64,000 nt of DNA from contig JAGYNZ010000010.1 of NCBI GenBank assembly GCA_018399745.1, positions 5,416-69,415 on the forward strand, in the 5' to 3' direction. Of the stretch, positions 20,381 through 31,451 are shown in pieces. Position 1 is the first letter of the stretch. Every line of letters starts with the position of its first letter. This DNA comes from Deltaproteobacteria bacterium (GTDB lineage: Bacteria > Desulfobacterota > Dissulfuribacteria > Dissulfuribacterales > UBA3076). The notes under the pieces were generated by a model. That model was not told the DNA's origin and ran no database searches. It saw only the letters and a list, made by a program, of their open reading frames with translations. The position numbers and the translations under genes are program-made.

Positions 20381-21694
20381 GTGAACTTTGAATCTGTGAG
20401 TTCCTATATTAAATCGCCAAATAGCCAAATCACCGAATCACCTAATTCCCTCTGTCTTCACATAGCTAGATGGGTGGTTCCTGTCTCAAGACATCCTATA
20501 GAAAATGGGGCAATAGCGACCTTTAAAGGGAAAATAATAGATGTGGGACCGGCATCGGAGATTCGCTCGAGCTATTCGGCAGATATAAAAGACCATGGAG
20601 ACTCCATACTTTGTCCTGCTTTGATAAACACCCACTCGCACCTTGAACTCTCTCCCCTCAAACGGCATTTTTCTCCAAGCAGCTCTTTTGTTGGCTGGGT
20701 GAGGTCACTGGTTGAGGCCCGAGACCAAATCAGAGCTGAAGATTGGGTTCCAGCCATATCTTCAGCCATCAGGGAGATGCGGAAAAACGGGATTATTGCT
20801 GTTGGTGACGTTGGCAATTTGGATATTATACCACTTTTTTTTTCCAGCAAAAATGATGGCACATGGCCTTTCAGCGGCATTTTCTTTCATGAACTGATAT
20901 GCCCGGCACCGAATGGAGCGGAGGAAGAGATTTTTCTCAGTGCTCCTTTTGTAAACGGAAAAATTAATGAACCTATGGATATCCCAAGGCCTTCTTTTCA
21001 CTATTCGTTTTCCGCCCATGCGCCTTATTCTGTGGCGCCCTCAGTCCTCAAGGCCATCAAGGCCTGGGATCGGAGCCATAATATGCCATTTTCCATTCAC
21101 GTGGCCGAATCTGAAGATGAGATAGAGTTTCTGCAGGGCGGCCATGGCCCCCTGATAGAACTCATGAAAGAAAAGGGACACTGGCCGCTGGATTATGATC
21201 TCCCCAAAGTATCTCCTGTAAGGTATCTTGAATCTTTGGGGCTTCTTGACAGGCATACAGTCTGTGTTCATTGTGTTCAAGTTGACCGGGATGACATTGC
21301 AATACTGGCAAAAACCGGGGCCGGAGTTTGTCTATGTCCCCGGAGCAATATGTTTTTAGGAGTAGGTGCAGCTCCTTCGGAAGAGCTATATGCCGCCGGG
21401 GTATCGCTGGCCCTTGGCACTGACAGCCTTGCAAGCAACGACCAGCTTTCCATTTTCGCCGAAATGGCGAGCCTTTCAGAGGTGGCCCCATGCCTTCCTC
21501 CCGAGGCCATTTTCAGAGCAGGCACTCGTGGCGGGGCTAAGGCCCTTGGTATCTCAGGGGAAGTGGGGAGTCTGGCGGAAGGTAAAAACGCGACATTTTT
21601 GTCAGTAGAGTCCGGTCCCGTTGGTGTTAAAGAGGTCTTAGAATTCCTTGTCCATGAAGGATACAAAAAATTGGGTTATTGGATAATTGGGTAA
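20381..21694 (+). CDS. Metal-dependent amidohydrolase, probable aminofutalosine deaminase
   Basis: NTHSHLEL, HAPYS, HVAES..E, VHCV and LGTDSLASN motifs; lies between mqnC and mqnA. Confidence 0.8.
   Translation: MNFESVSSYIKSPNSQITESPNSLCLHIARWVVPVSRHPIENGAIATFKGKIIDVGPASEIRSSYSADIKDHGDSILCPALINTHSHLELSPLKRHFSPSSSFVGWVRSLVEARDQIRAEDWVPAISSAIREMRKNGIIAVGDVGNLDIIPLFFSSKNDGTWPFSGIFFHELICPAPNGAEEEIFLSAPFVNGKINEPMDIPRPSFHYSFSAHAPYSVAPSVLKAIKAWDRSHNMPFSIHVAESEDEIEFLQGGHGPLIELMKEKGHWPLDYDLPKVSPVRYLESLGLLDRHTVCVHCVQVDRDDIAILAKTGAGVCLCPRSNMFLGVGAAPSEELYAAGVSLALGTDSLASNDQLSIFAEMASLSEVAPCLPPEAIFRAGTRGGAKALGISGEVGSLAEGKNATFLSVESGPVGVKEVLEFLVHEGYKKLGYWIIG
20411..20450 (+). repeat. Octamer tandem repeat (5 copies) inside the amidohydrolase 5' end
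   Basis: aaatcgcc-aaatagcc-aaatcacc-gaatcacc-taattccc. Confidence 0.7.
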
Positions 21695-21700
21695 TTGAAG
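21669..21700 (+). repeat. Octamer tandem repeat (4 copies) across the amidohydrolase 3' end
   Basis: aattgggt-tattggat-aattgggt-aattgaag; roughly the reverse complement of the 20411 array unit. Confidence 0.65.
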
Positions 21701-21719
21701 AGGTAAAAGCGTAATAATA

Positions 21720-22580
21720 ATGATACAAGAGACCAGCCACGTTCAGTGTGCCAAAGTGGGCATTGTGAACTTTATCAACACGTCGCCTATCTATATCCCC
21801 TGGCAGGAAATGGGTACTCTAAAAGGATGGGTGGTGGAAGAGGCGCCCCCTACCTGTTTGAACAGACATTTGGTCCGGGGAAAATTGGATGCAGGCAGTA
21901 TCTCCTCCTTTGCATACGGCCTCGATTCAGACAGATATTATATATTGCAGGACCTTAGTATAAGTGCCACCGGACCAGTAGGTAGTGTGATCCTTCTCAG
22001 CAAGGTTCCACTTGAAGAACTTCATGAAAAACTTGTGCTGTTGACTTCTCAATCCGCAACATCCGTCAACCTTTTGTACATAATACTTGAAGACTTTTTA
22101 GGAATTAGGCCCATATTCAGAACAGGAAATTTTAAAGAAATGTCGACAAATCCAGTGGCCCAGGCATACCTTGCCATAGGAGATGAGGCCCTGAGGCTGA
22201 GCTTCAACAGAGACAATCTTTTTCGGTCGGATCTGGCTAAAATTTGGCTGGACTATACAGGTCTGCCTTTTGTTTTCGCCGTGTGGGCAGTCAGGGAAGA
22301 AAGCTGGATTGCATGGCCAGATAAAATACGTCTTCTCCATAGACGTCTCAGCGAATGCTATCATAAAGGCATGAAGGAACTGGAGCGTATAAGCAATCTG
22401 GTTGCTCCCAGGATACCGATGGCCTCATCAGACTGTCTGGAATACCTTAAAGGCATAGAACTTGATTTTTCAGAAGAGAAGCAGAAGGGGTTACTTCACT
22501 TCTTCCAATTGCTGCATGATCGCGATGATTTTCCCAGGGTCTTGGAGTTGAAAATGTTGCCTTTTGTTAATTCCAATTAA
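21720..22580 (+). CDS. mqnA: Chorismate dehydratase
   Basis: VG.VNFINT.P, G.VGSV.L.S, SATSV.L, IGD.AL and TGLPFVFAVW motifs. Confidence 0.92.
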   Translation: MIQETSHVQCAKVGIVNFINTSPIYIPWQEMGTLKGWVVEEAPPTCLNRHLVRGKLDAGSISSFAYGLDSDRYYILQDLSISATGPVGSVILLSKVPLEELHEKLVLLTSQSATSVNLLYIILEDFLGIRPIFRTGNFKEMSTNPVAQAYLAIGDEALRLSFNRDNLFRSDLAKIWLDYTGLPFVFAVWAVREESWIAWPDKIRLLHRRLSECYHKGMKELERISNLVAPRIPMASSDCLEYLKGIELDFSEEKQKGLLHFFQLLHDRDDFPRVLELKMLPFVNSN

Positions 22581-22583
22581 ACA

Positions 22584-23294
22584 ATGATACCATCAGGAAA
22601 GGAGAAAAAGCTCTTTGTACGGAATAAGTTCGCCTCTGTTTCCAGGAGATATGATCTCTTAAATGGATTGCTAAGTTTTTATATAGACCATTACTGGAGA
22701 TGGGTAACCACGCGAGAGTTTGCTGAGTTTAAGCAGGGTCCTATACTGGACCTTTGCGCTGGAACCATGCCACTTTCTGCTGAAATTGTGAGGCAGATAG
22801 AACGTCCGGTGGTGGCTGTGGATTTCTGTTATGAGATGCTCCATCATGGGAAGCTTCAATGGAAAAATGGCAGCAAGAAGCCTAAATGTATAGTCCCCGT
22901 GTGCGGTGATGGGGAATGCCTGCCACTCCATGACTTGAAATTTCAGGGGATAACAATAGCCTTTGGTATCAGGAATCTCAGCCGGCCGGAACAGGGTCTC
23001 AGAGAGATGTTAAGGGTGCTGAAAACAGGAGGAAAACTTGCGATTCTCGAATTCTCGCGTCCGAAAAATCGTTTTTTTTCTCCGATATACAAGTTCTATC
23101 TGCATAAGCTCCTTCCTTTTGTGGCTGGCAGCATCTCAGAAGATAGGGAGGCCTATCGCTATCTGGCAGATTCCATACAGGGCTTTTATGAACCTGAGAT
23201 CCTGGCCGCAATGATGAAAGATGTGGGATTCAGAGAGGTCAGGCACAGACCTCTTACAATGGGTATTGTCACCTTATATACAGGGCGGAACTAG
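22584..23294 (+). CDS. menG: Demethylmenaquinone methyltransferase (UbiE/MenG family)
   Basis: [27 protein letters not shown] and AY.YL.DSI motifs. Confidence 0.9.
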   Translation: MIPSGKEKKLFVRNKFASVSRRYDLLNGLLSFYIDHYWRWVTTREFAEFKQGPILDLCAGTMPLSAEIVRQIERPVVAVDFCYEMLHHGKLQWKNGSKKPKCIVPVCGDGECLPLHDLKFQGITIAFGIRNLSRPEQGLREMLRVLKTGGKLAILEFSRPKNRFFSPIYKFYLHKLLPFVAGSISEDREAYRYLADSIQGFYEPEILAAMMKDVGFREVRHRPLTMGIVTLYTGRN

Positions 23295-23316
23295 CTTTAA
23301 TCCGTTACAGACTGCT

Positions 23317-23814
23317 ATGCCGGCAAACGATCAAAAAAATATAGTCCATATATTCACTGATGGGGCCTGTTCCGGAAATCCAGGTCCTGGTGGATGGGGG
23401 GCAATGCTGCAATATGACGAGCAGAGAAAGTGCATAAAGGGCTGGTCAAAAAATACGACAAACAATCGTATGGAGCTTTTGGCTACAATACGGGCACTTG
23501 AGGCCCTTAAAAGGACCTGTGATGTCATTATTACCACCGATTCCAAATACGTAAAACAAGGCATAACCGAGTGGATAGGCCAGTGGAAGCGAAGAGGTTG
23601 GCAGACTACTGCAAAGAGACCTGTTAAAAACAAGGATCTATGGCAGGCGCTTGATTCCTTGTGCCAGTTTCATGGGGTGCGTTGGGAATGGACAAGGGGA
23701 CATGCTGGACACGAGGAAAACGAACTGGTTGATCAGTTGGCCAGAAAGGCCATTTCCGAAGGCCAGGCAGGAGAGCTGGAAGAGGATAAAACAGGCAGAA
23801 TACTTGCAAGGTAA
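23317..23814 (+). CDS. rnhA: Ribonuclease HI
   Basis: [37 protein letters not shown] and GHAGHEENE motifs; start trimmed to ATG 23317. Confidence 0.96.
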   Translation: MPANDQKNIVHIFTDGACSGNPGPGGWGAMLQYDEQRKCIKGWSKNTTNNRMELLATIRALEALKRTCDVIITTDSKYVKQGITEWIGQWKRRGWQTTAKRPVKNKDLWQALDSLCQFHGVRWEWTRGHAGHEENELVDQLARKAISEGQAGELEEDKTGRILAR

Positions 23815-24038
23815 TTTACGTTGACTTGACTAAACTGCCTAAAGTTTTGGCGCTTCCGTTGCTTACAATTTTGACAGATAGAAGCGATCTCTTTACTTCA
23901 GCAGGCGCCTGAAATCCTGTTTCGGCTAAAGAATATTGAGGTTTATCCGGTTTAGAGGACTGTCTTAAATAGTAAAATAGAGATTGCCTGTCTTCTTCGA
24001 ATGTTTTATTGTCATGAGTAATTGTGGGAGATAAAAAA

Positions 24039-25388
24039 ATGAAAAAATTTTCAAAGTCGGGACGCCACTGGCTTGTTGTAATTTGTTTGCTTTGCGGCTT
24101 TGTGGTTATAGGCACCTACCAGGCTCATCAAATCGCCTCTGCCAGAGAAGACATAACTTATGAACAACTTAAGATCTTTGGTTCAGTCCTCGATCTGGTA
24201 CAACGCAACTATGTTGAAGAGATCCCGCCCAAGCAACTTATTTACGGTGCAGTACAGGGTATGCTCCAATCTCTTGATCCACACTCCTCTTTCATGAAGC
24301 CGGAGGACTACAAGGAACTTCAGATAGAGACCAAGGGGAGTTTCACAGGCATAGGTATAGAAATCAGCCTCAAAGATGGCATACTGACAGTTGTGTCCCC
24401 TATAGAGGGCACACCGGCGTACGAAGCAGGTCTCAAGGCCAATGATAAAATACTAAAGATAGATGACAAAACCACTAAAAACATGACCTTGATTGAGTCA
24501 GTAAAGCTTCTAAGGGGTACCAAGGGGACCAAAGTCACCATTTCCGTATATCGCGAGGGATGGAGACAGCTTAAAGACATAACCCTTACAAGGGACGAAA
24601 TCCCCATACAGAGTGTGAGATCCAGGATTCTGGAAGATGGTTATGGTTATATACGTGTTAGTAACTTCCAGGACAAGACTATTTCTGAGCTGGAAAAAGC
24701 CCTAAAAGAATTGGAAGAGGGCAAAGGCCTTAAGGGCCTGGTCCTTGATCTGCGGAACAATCCCGGCGGGTTACTTGATCAGGCAGTAAAGGTAGCTGAT
24801 GTATTTCTGGAAAAAGGGCTTGTTGTCTATACAGATGGCAGGATGGAAGAACAAAAAATGCGTTTTGAGGCTCAGGCGAACAGACATTCTCACGATTACC
24901 CCATTGCAGTATTGGTCAATGAAGGAAGTGCCAGTGCCTCGGAGATAGTTGCAGGGGCCTTACAAGATCATAAAAGGGCAATAATTTTAGGTGTACAGAC
25001 CTTTGGCAAGGGATCTGTGCAGACTATCATTCCACTTGAAGACGGATCTGCAGTACGCCTTACCACAGCCAGATACTACACACCTAATGGCAGATCCATA
25101 CAGGCAAAGGGAATAGAGCCCGATATAGAAATACCTTACGCTCTACTGAAAAAACCAGAAGAAAAAGACAAAATTTTTCATTTTCCTACAGAACGCGATT
25201 TAGAAGGACACCTTCTAAATAATGAAGAAGGGCCAATTGAAGATGATCCGAGTTCTGCAAAAGATGAGCCAAAGGCTGGCGACTCCGAAGTTGACAGTGA
25301 AGAAACACAGTCGCCTCCCATGGATAACCAGCTAGAAGAGGCTGTCAGAATACTAAAGGCTTGGGCTATATTTAAACAAATAAATTAG
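24039..25388 (+). CDS. ctpA: Carboxyl-terminal processing protease (S41, PDZ)
   Basis: LDPHS, GIGIEI, DLRNNPGGLL, SASASEIVAGALQD and TFGKGSVQ motifs. Confidence 0.95.
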   Translation: MKKFSKSGRHWLVVICLLCGFVVIGTYQAHQIASAREDITYEQLKIFGSVLDLVQRNYVEEIPPKQLIYGAVQGMLQSLDPHSSFMKPEDYKELQIETKGSFTGIGIEISLKDGILTVVSPIEGTPAYEAGLKANDKILKIDDKTTKNMTLIESVKLLRGTKGTKVTISVYREGWRQLKDITLTRDEIPIQSVRSRILEDGYGYIRVSNFQDKTISELEKALKELEEGKGLKGLVLDLRNNPGGLLDQAVKVADVFLEKGLVVYTDGRMEEQKMRFEAQANRHSHDYPIAVLVNEGSASASEIVAGALQDHKRAIILGVQTFGKGSVQTIIPLEDGSAVRLTTARYYTPNGRSIQAKGIEPDIEIPYALLKKPEEKDKIFHFPTERDLEGHLLNNEEGPIEDDPSSAKDEPKAGDSEVDSEETQSPPMDNQLEEAVRILKAWAIFKQIN

Positions 25389-25533
25389 GACACAGATTAT
25401 CATACATACAACTATTCATAAAGTTAAACACCTTGATAATATGTGTTCAATAAAGTGAATTCTCATATTATAGAATTACAAGCCTTTGGTAGAGCTGTAA
25501 GGCAATACAGTATATACTTGTTCAAGTCTTTAA

Positions 25534-26418
25534 ATGGTTAGATCTCGTTCCTCGAGTAAAAAAATACTCAAAAAGAAGGGTAGAATAACTCCTCCGGGTC
25601 TATTTTGGCCCATAATAGCACTGGGAATAATAGGAGCAATTGTAACCCTTTTATATTTACTTCCTTTGCCCTTCCGGCTGCCTTTTGAAGAATTTGATTC
25701 CGCACCACCGATTGTCCGTCCTTCCGAACCATCAAGACCGGAAAGTGCAGCCCCTATGCCTTTGGTAGCTATACTTATAGACGACATGGGTAATAATTTT
25801 CGTATTAACAATGATTTTCTGAAGTTAGATGCCCCTCTTTCCTTTTCCTTTCTCCCAACAGCACCCTATACGCCCAAGCTGGCCAAAAAGGCCAAGGATC
25901 TTGGCAAAGATGTCTTAATCCACCTACCTTTAGAGCCCATTAATTCTATGATTGACCCGGGTCCAGGTGTCCTGCGTCTGAGCATGGATTTTGATTCCAT
26001 GTTACAGATACTCAGAAAAGACCTGGATGCCGTACCTGGTGCAATCGGGGTAAATAATCACATGGGTTCTAAATTTACTAAAAGCCAAAGGGGCATGGAA
26101 TTGATTCTTACTGAAATAAAGCGCCGTGGTCTTTTCTTTGTTGACAGTAAGACTACTCATGACAGTGTGGCATATGTAACTGCCAGATCCATGGGTATAC
26201 CGGCTGCGGAAAGGGCCGTGTTTTTAGACCACGATAACAAAAAGGAATCCATCAGAAGGGAAATAAAAAAAATGGTAAAATTATCTGTCGACAACGGATG
26301 TGTTCTTGCCATAGGACATCCGACATCTAATACATGGAGGGTTTTGTCTGAGGAACTGCCTGTAGTAAGGAAAAGTGCCAGCATTGTTCCGGTCCATAAA
26401 ATTCTTGTTGGTCAGTAG
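25534..26418 (+). CDS. Divergent polysaccharide deacetylase (YibQ family)
   Basis: AILIDDMG, HLPLEP, NNHMGS, FVDSKT and AIGHP motifs; usual position after ctpA. Confidence 0.9.
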   Translation: MVRSRSSSKKILKKKGRITPPGLFWPIIALGIIGAIVTLLYLLPLPFRLPFEEFDSAPPIVRPSEPSRPESAAPMPLVAILIDDMGNNFRINNDFLKLDAPLSFSFLPTAPYTPKLAKKAKDLGKDVLIHLPLEPINSMIDPGPGVLRLSMDFDSMLQILRKDLDAVPGAIGVNNHMGSKFTKSQRGMELILTEIKRRGLFFVDSKTTHDSVAYVTARSMGIPAAERAVFLDHDNKKESIRREIKKMVKLSVDNGCVLAIGHPTSNTWRVLSEELPVVRKSASIVPVHKILVGQ

Positions 26419-26464
26419 AACTAAACCCGTACTTTCCCCTCACAGTTACTGAAAGATAATAAAA

Positions 26465-26839
26465 ATGAAATATGGAGAAAAAAAAATACAAGGGGCCGAG
26501 CTTGAATCGTGGCCTAATCCATATCCTGAACGCGACTATACCATAGAGATAAGTTTTCCGGAGTTTACCTGCCTTTGTCCAAGGTCCGGTTATCCTGATT
26601 TTGCTACCATAAAGATAATTTATGTACCGGATCAGTTCATAGTGGAACTGAAATCTCTAAAACTCTATCTCAATGACTATAGAGATCGATACATTTCACA
26701 CGAAGAGGCCACCAACAAGATCTTCTCAGACCTGATGAAGATCCTTTCTCCGCGCACAATCAGACTGGAAGGTGACTTTTACCCCAGAGGTAATGTCCAC
26801 ACAGTGATCAGGGTGGAAGGAGGTTCAAATGCCGGATAG
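26465..26839 (+). CDS. queF: PreQ1 synthase (7-cyano-7-deazaguanine reductase, type I)
   Basis: [28 protein letters not shown] and F.PRG motifs. Confidence 0.95.
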   Translation: MKYGEKKIQGAELESWPNPYPERDYTIEISFPEFTCLCPRSGYPDFATIKIIYVPDQFIVELKSLKLYLNDYRDRYISHEEATNKIFSDLMKILSPRTIRLEGDFYPRGNVHTVIRVEGGSNAG

Positions 26840-26854
26840 ACAAGGGATGCTGCC

Positions 26855-28216
26855 TTATAATTCATTGGTTTCGATCATCGCCAGTAGCTCCTTTGTTCTT
26901 TCCTGCATCAGCTTTTCATCCCCTCTGGATTCCACATTCAGGCGTAATACCGGCTCGGTATTTGAACAGCGCAAATTAAAGCGCCAACTATCAAACTCCA
27001 TGCTTATGCCATCGGTTTCGTCTATGCTGGCAGCCTGAGGTCCATAAAACTTTTTTATGCTGGCAATAGCAGCTAAAGGATCATCCAATCGTCGATTGAT
27101 CTCTCCACTAACTGGATATAAAGCGATACGTTTATCGAGCATAGCTGAAAGTGGCTGTTTTTTCTGACTTAACAGTTCAGCAATTAATAGCCAGGGGATC
27201 ATGCCACTGTCACAATAAGCAAAATCCCGAAAGTAATGATGAGCGCTCATCTCACCACCGTAAATCGCATTTTCTGACCTCATGCGCTCCTTCATGAAGG
27301 CGTGCCCTGTCTTATTCTGCAGGGGTATGCCGCCTGCACCCGTCACGACATCAATAGTGTTCCATATCAATCGTGGATCGTGGATGATCTTTTCCCCTGA
27401 TTTTTTGGTCAAAAATGCTTCGGCCAGCAGGCCTACAATATAATAGCCTTCGATAAAGCGGCCTTTTTCGTCAAAAAAGAAACAGCGATCAAAATCTCCA
27501 TCCCAGGCAATACCCAAATCAGCCCCTGAAGTTACAACGGCCTTACTGGTAACAGAACGGTTTTCCTGCAATAGTGGGTTTGGAATTCCATTGGGGAAAG
27601 TTCCATCAGGCCGATGCTGTATCTTAATGAATTCAAAGGGCAGATGGGTCTCCAAGGCATCCATCACCGGACCTGCGCAGCCGTTACCGGAATTGATTAC
27701 GATCTTAAGCGGATAAAGTTCTGATGTATTAACATAGTGTAACAGGTGCCTTATATATTCAGGCCGGTTTATCAATTCTTCATACTGCCCTGATCTTTCC
27801 GTGGGGGAGAATATCCCCTGTTTTGCCAGACGGCGGATTTCTTTAAGCCCTGTATCCCCGCTTATAGGTCTTGCGCCTTCCCGCACCAGCTTCATACCGT
27901 TAAAATCCCTTGGGTTGTGGCTTGCTGTTACCATAATCCCGCCATCCAGGTGATGGTGAAAAGTGGCGAAATATACTTCCTCTGTGCCACACAGACCGAT
28001 ATCGAATACATTCACTCCGCTTTTCATAAGCCCATGGTTAAGGGCATCACAAAGAGATTCACTGGAGAGCCGAACGTCACGTCCTATTACGACCTGTCTA
28101 GGGCTTAGAAACTCAGCATAGCTCCTGCCGATCTTAAAGGCTATATCCTTATTCAATTGATCAGGAATGCGGCCACGTATATCATAGGCCATGAAACATT
28201 CAAGGTCAGCGGCCAT
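26855..28216 (-). CDS. manB: Phosphomannomutase (CpsG/ManB)
   Basis: AYDIRG, TASHNP, DGDFDR and GEMSAHHYF motifs. Confidence 0.95.
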   Translation of the reverse strand: MAADLECFMAYDIRGRIPDQLNKDIAFKIGRSYAEFLSPRQVVIGRDVRLSSESLCDALNHGLMKSGVNVFDIGLCGTEEVYFATFHHHLDGGIMVTASHNPRDFNGMKLVREGARPISGDTGLKEIRRLAKQGIFSPTERSGQYEELINRPEYIRHLLHYVNTSELYPLKIVINSGNGCAGPVMDALETHLPFEFIKIQHRPDGTFPNGIPNPLLQENRSVTSKAVVTSGADLGIAWDGDFDRCFFFDEKGRFIEGYYIVGLLAEAFLTKKSGEKIIHDPRLIWNTIDVVTGAGGIPLQNKTGHAFMKERMRSENAIYGGEMSAHHYFRDFAYCDSGMIPWLLIAELLSQKKQPLSAMLDKRIALYPVSGEINRRLDDPLAAIASIKKFYGPQAASIDETDGISMEFDSWRFNLRCSNTEPVLRLNVESRGDEKLMQERTKELLAMIETNEL

Positions 28217-29618
28217 ATACATCCTCTAATCTTATGATGTCATCTTCACCGAGGTAGCTGCCAGTTTGGACCTCTATCAAATCCAGAGGAATCACGCCCA
28301 GATTTTCCAGGCGATGATTTACACCCAATGGTATATAAGTGGATTGGTCCTCTGTCAGTAATAACACCTCATCGCCCCGTGTAACCCTGGCAGTACCTCT
28401 GACTATAATCCAGTGCTCTGCTCTGTGATGATGCATCTGCAAAGAGAGGATCCCTCCGGGCTTAACTGTAATCCGTTTTACCTGGAAACGCGCAGATACA
28501 TCTATACTCTCAAATGAACCCCATGGTCTATAAACCTTACGGTGGCTGCTGTATTCATTTCGTCCGGACGCCTTCAATCGATTTACAATGGTCTTCACGT
28601 CTTGAACACGTTTTTTATGAGCAACGAGCAGTGCGTCGGGAGAATCCACCACTATGAGGTCTTTTACTCCTACTGCAGTCATCAGTCTTCCTTCGCTGCG
28701 CAGATAACAGTTCTTGACATCTTGGGTCATCACGTCCCCAAGGACCACATTTTTATTTTTATCCCTGGGCCCCAGTTCCAACAGCGACCCCCATGAACCA
28801 AGATCACTCCAGCCTGCATCCAGAGGTACCACAACAGCGCTGTCAGTTTTCTCCATTATTGCATAATCCACCGAGTCACTTGGGCAATCAGCAAATGCCT
28901 CGGCATCGAGACGCAAAAAATCCAGATCCCGTACAATCTTTTCATGGGCCGCAGTACAGGCATAGAGTATCTCAGGGGCAAATTGTTCCAGTTCATTGAT
29001 ATAGCGGCTGGCCTTGAACATGAACATTCCGCTGTTCCAATAATAAACACCTGACGCAATATAATCTTTAGCTGTATTAAGATCTGGCTTTTCCACAAAA
29101 TGATCTACCTGAAAAGCCGGACTATCGGTATGTAGACGATCTGATGCCTTGATGTATCCATAACCTGTTTCAGGTGCCGTGGGTATGATGCCAAAAGTCA
29201 CCAGCTTTCCCTGCTCCGCCAATAAAGTACCAGTTTCAACAGCTTGGGCGAAAGTCTGAGTGTCTCTAATGATATGGTCTGCCGGTAATACAAATAGCAC
29301 AGGGTCATCTTTCTGCTGTATTATACTCAAGGCGGCACATGCCACTGCAGGGGCGGTATTTCGCCCCACCGGTTCAAGAATAATGGACAGAGACTCCACA
29401 CCGATCTGGCGCAACTGCTCAGCTGCAAGAAAACGATGTTGATTGTTGCAAACAAGCAGAGGTGTCTTGCAATCCGAAAGATCTGATAGACGTCTGACAG
29501 TTGACTGTAACAGCGTTTCGTCTTCCACCAGTGAATAAAATTGCTTAGGATAGGCCTCACGAGATAGCGGCCAGAGACGGGTACCTGAGCCTCCGCATAA
29601 GATAATCGGCACAATCAT
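28206..29618 (-). CDS. manC: Mannose-1-phosphate guanylyltransferase / mannose-6-phosphate isomerase
   Basis: [28 protein letters not shown] and C-terminal cupin [12 protein letters not shown]. Confidence 0.96.
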   Translation of the reverse strand: MIVPIILCGGSGTRLWPLSREAYPKQFYSLVEDETLLQSTVRRLSDLSDCKTPLLVCNNQHRFLAAEQLRQIGVESLSIILEPVGRNTAPAVACAALSIIQQKDDPVLFVLPADHIIRDTQTFAQAVETGTLLAEQGKLVTFGIIPTAPETGYGYIKASDRLHTDSPAFQVDHFVEKPDLNTAKDYIASGVYYWNSGMFMFKASRYINELEQFAPEILYACTAAHEKIVRDLDFLRLDAEAFADCPSDSVDYAIMEKTDSAVVVPLDAGWSDLGSWGSLLELGPRDKNKNVVLGDVMTQDVKNCYLRSEGRLMTAVGVKDLIVVDSPDALLVAHKKRVQDVKTIVNRLKASGRNEYSSHRKVYRPWGSFESIDVSARFQVKRITVKPGGILSLQMHHHRAEHWIIVRGTARVTRGDEVLLLTEDQSTYIPLGVNHRLENLGVIPLDLIEVQTGSYLGEDDIIRLEDVYGR

Positions 29619-29744
29619 TAAAAGTTTTTCTCCATAAAATTAAATATACACTAAATGGTTATAAAGTGCGTTTTTGAATCATTCAGAAATGCAGGGAAGA
29701 ATGAGACTTAACATAGACGCCAATAGGCATAAATAAAGGCCCAC

Positions 29745-30986
29745 CTAATTATCTGAAGTTATGAAATTCCCCTGCCCGTAAAGCTTTTGAATGAAGTTTT
29801 CGGCCCTGAGTTCAGGGTGAACGCTGCAGCCTGGTCCTATTATTATTCCCTGGGGTATTTGTGTTCGAAGACCGATTACAGTGAGTGCCTCGTTGTGGTT
29901 GCCGATTATGGAATCTTTACCAATACTGACACCAAGGTCGGTTATGGTATTCTCAACTTTGGCTCCTGGTCCGACTTGAGTGTCGAAAAACAGTATTGAA
30001 TCTTTTACCACTGCCCCCACTCCTACATAGGCCCCTGGAAAAAGGATTGATCGATCGACCCGGCCTCTAACTCTCACCCCATTGTAGACCCTTGAGTTAT
30101 CTATTGATCCCCGAGTATCGATAAGCGCCGGGCCCCTGTCTCTTACTGCCTCGTGGTCCAAATTGGTGCGAACTTGCCAATCGTCTAATTTTATCCCGGG
30201 ACGTTCTCCCAAGAGATCCATATTGGCGGTCCAGTATTTCTCCAGAGTGCGGCTATATCCCCAATAACCGTAAAATTTATAACCATATACCTCATATTTG
30301 TCCATTATAGCAGGGAGTATGTCTCTGCCAAATTCATGAGAGTTAATTCCGGCGTTTTCTTTAAGAGCCTGTTCCAGGACCTCTGTCTTAAACACGTATA
30401 TGGTCATTGAGGCCCAGTTAGATAAAGGGTGAGCCGGTTTTTCAAGATATTCCAGAAGACGACCTCCTCTTGCGTCATCATCAGAAATTCGGGCCAGGCC
30501 GAATCTGGATGAACCTGACGGGCTGACCTCCACAAAAGAGGCAGTAACATCGGCCCCCATATCCAGATGAAATTGAATGAGTCTATGATAATTCATATGA
30601 TACACATGGTCGCCGGATAAAATCAGTATAAGGTCTGGTTTGTGAGCATGGATAAAATCGAGATTCTGATATACTGCGTCCGCCGTGCCCTTATACCAGT
30701 CTGAGGCGTGCAAGCCTTGAAAGGGAGGAAGAATAGTAATGCCACGATGTCTGCCTGTCATATCCCAGGATGCGCCTGTTCCGATATGTTCTATTAAAGA
30801 CGAAGACCTGTACTGACTGAGAATTCCGACCCTCTCAATGCCTGATTGCATAAGGTTGCTGAGAGGAAAATCTATGAATCTGTATAGGCCTCCAAAGGGC
30901 ACTGTGCTCTTGGGCCTGAGGAAGGTAAGTACTCCAAGTTCATCAACCCTGCCGCCCGCAAGAACCATAGCTAAAATTTTCGGCAT
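29745..30986 (-). CDS. Glucose-1-phosphate adenylyltransferase family protein (GlgC/GlgD-like)
   Basis: LAGG, PFGG.YR.IDF.LSN, WYKGTADAVYQN, LSGDH.Y.M.Y, EKP and a C-terminal beta-helix; the GGxGxRL loop is altered to GGRVDEL. Confidence 0.85.
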   Translation of the reverse strand: MPKILAMVLAGGRVDELGVLTFLRPKSTVPFGGLYRFIDFPLSNLMQSGIERVGILSQYRSSSLIEHIGTGASWDMTGRHRGITILPPFQGLHASDWYKGTADAVYQNLDFIHAHKPDLILILSGDHVYHMNYHRLIQFHLDMGADVTASFVEVSPSGSSRFGLARISDDDARGGRLLEYLEKPAHPLSNWASMTIYVFKTEVLEQALKENAGINSHEFGRDILPAIMDKYEVYGYKFYGYWGYSRTLEKYWTANMDLLGERPGIKLDDWQVRTNLDHEAVRDRGPALIDTRGSIDNSRVYNGVRVRGRVDRSILFPGAYVGVGAVVKDSILFFDTQVGPGAKVENTITDLGVSIGKDSIIGNHNEALTVIGLRTQIPQGIIIGPGCSVHPELRAENFIQKLYGQGNFITSDN

Positions 30987-31012
30987 TAGCTAACCTGATG
31001 AGTATATTTAAA

Positions 31013-31411
31013 TTAAATTGCCGTCGAGTCTGTCACAGAAGAGGATAATCCGTCCGACGTGTTATTATTATCAGGTCCGAATGACTTCTCTCCAGTGGCC
31101 GCTTCTTCCATGGCTTCATCGACCATCTGGTCAAAGTCCTCGTCGAGGTCGTCTCCCGCCAGGCTTCCCATTTTCTTCATCCACCTAGCCATACTTTTAG
31201 GATCATTTTCGTCGAGACCGGCCATCATCGACGGATCTGCTAATTTGTCCATTCTTGTCTCTTCGGAAAGACGTACATTAACTCTGGAGATCAACTTGGT
31301 GACTGAGCTGCTTCCACAATGTTTGCAAAGGGATTCAAAATTGTCCCTGTTGAGGACAAGGTGGGAGGAAATCTTTCCACATTTTTTACAGCGATATTCA
31401 TAGATCGGCAT
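31013..31411 (-). CDS. FmdB-family zinc-ribbon protein
   Basis: MPIYEYRC..C...C..CGS followed by an acidic tail. Confidence 0.85.
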   Translation of the reverse strand: MPIYEYRCKKCGKISSHLVLNRDNFESLCKHCGSSSVTKLISRVNVRLSEETRMDKLADPSMMAGLDENDPKSMARWMKKMGSLAGDDLDEDFDQMVDEAMEEAATGEKSFGPDNNNTSDGLSSSVTDSTAI

Positions 31412-31451
31412 TCTGCTTCCCTCCATTTACTGGATTATACACACCATCTAT

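Noticed and set aside
26419-26464. preQ1 riboswitch before queF
   Set aside because: No recognisable preQ1 P1 stem-loop consensus; the spacer is short and operon-like.
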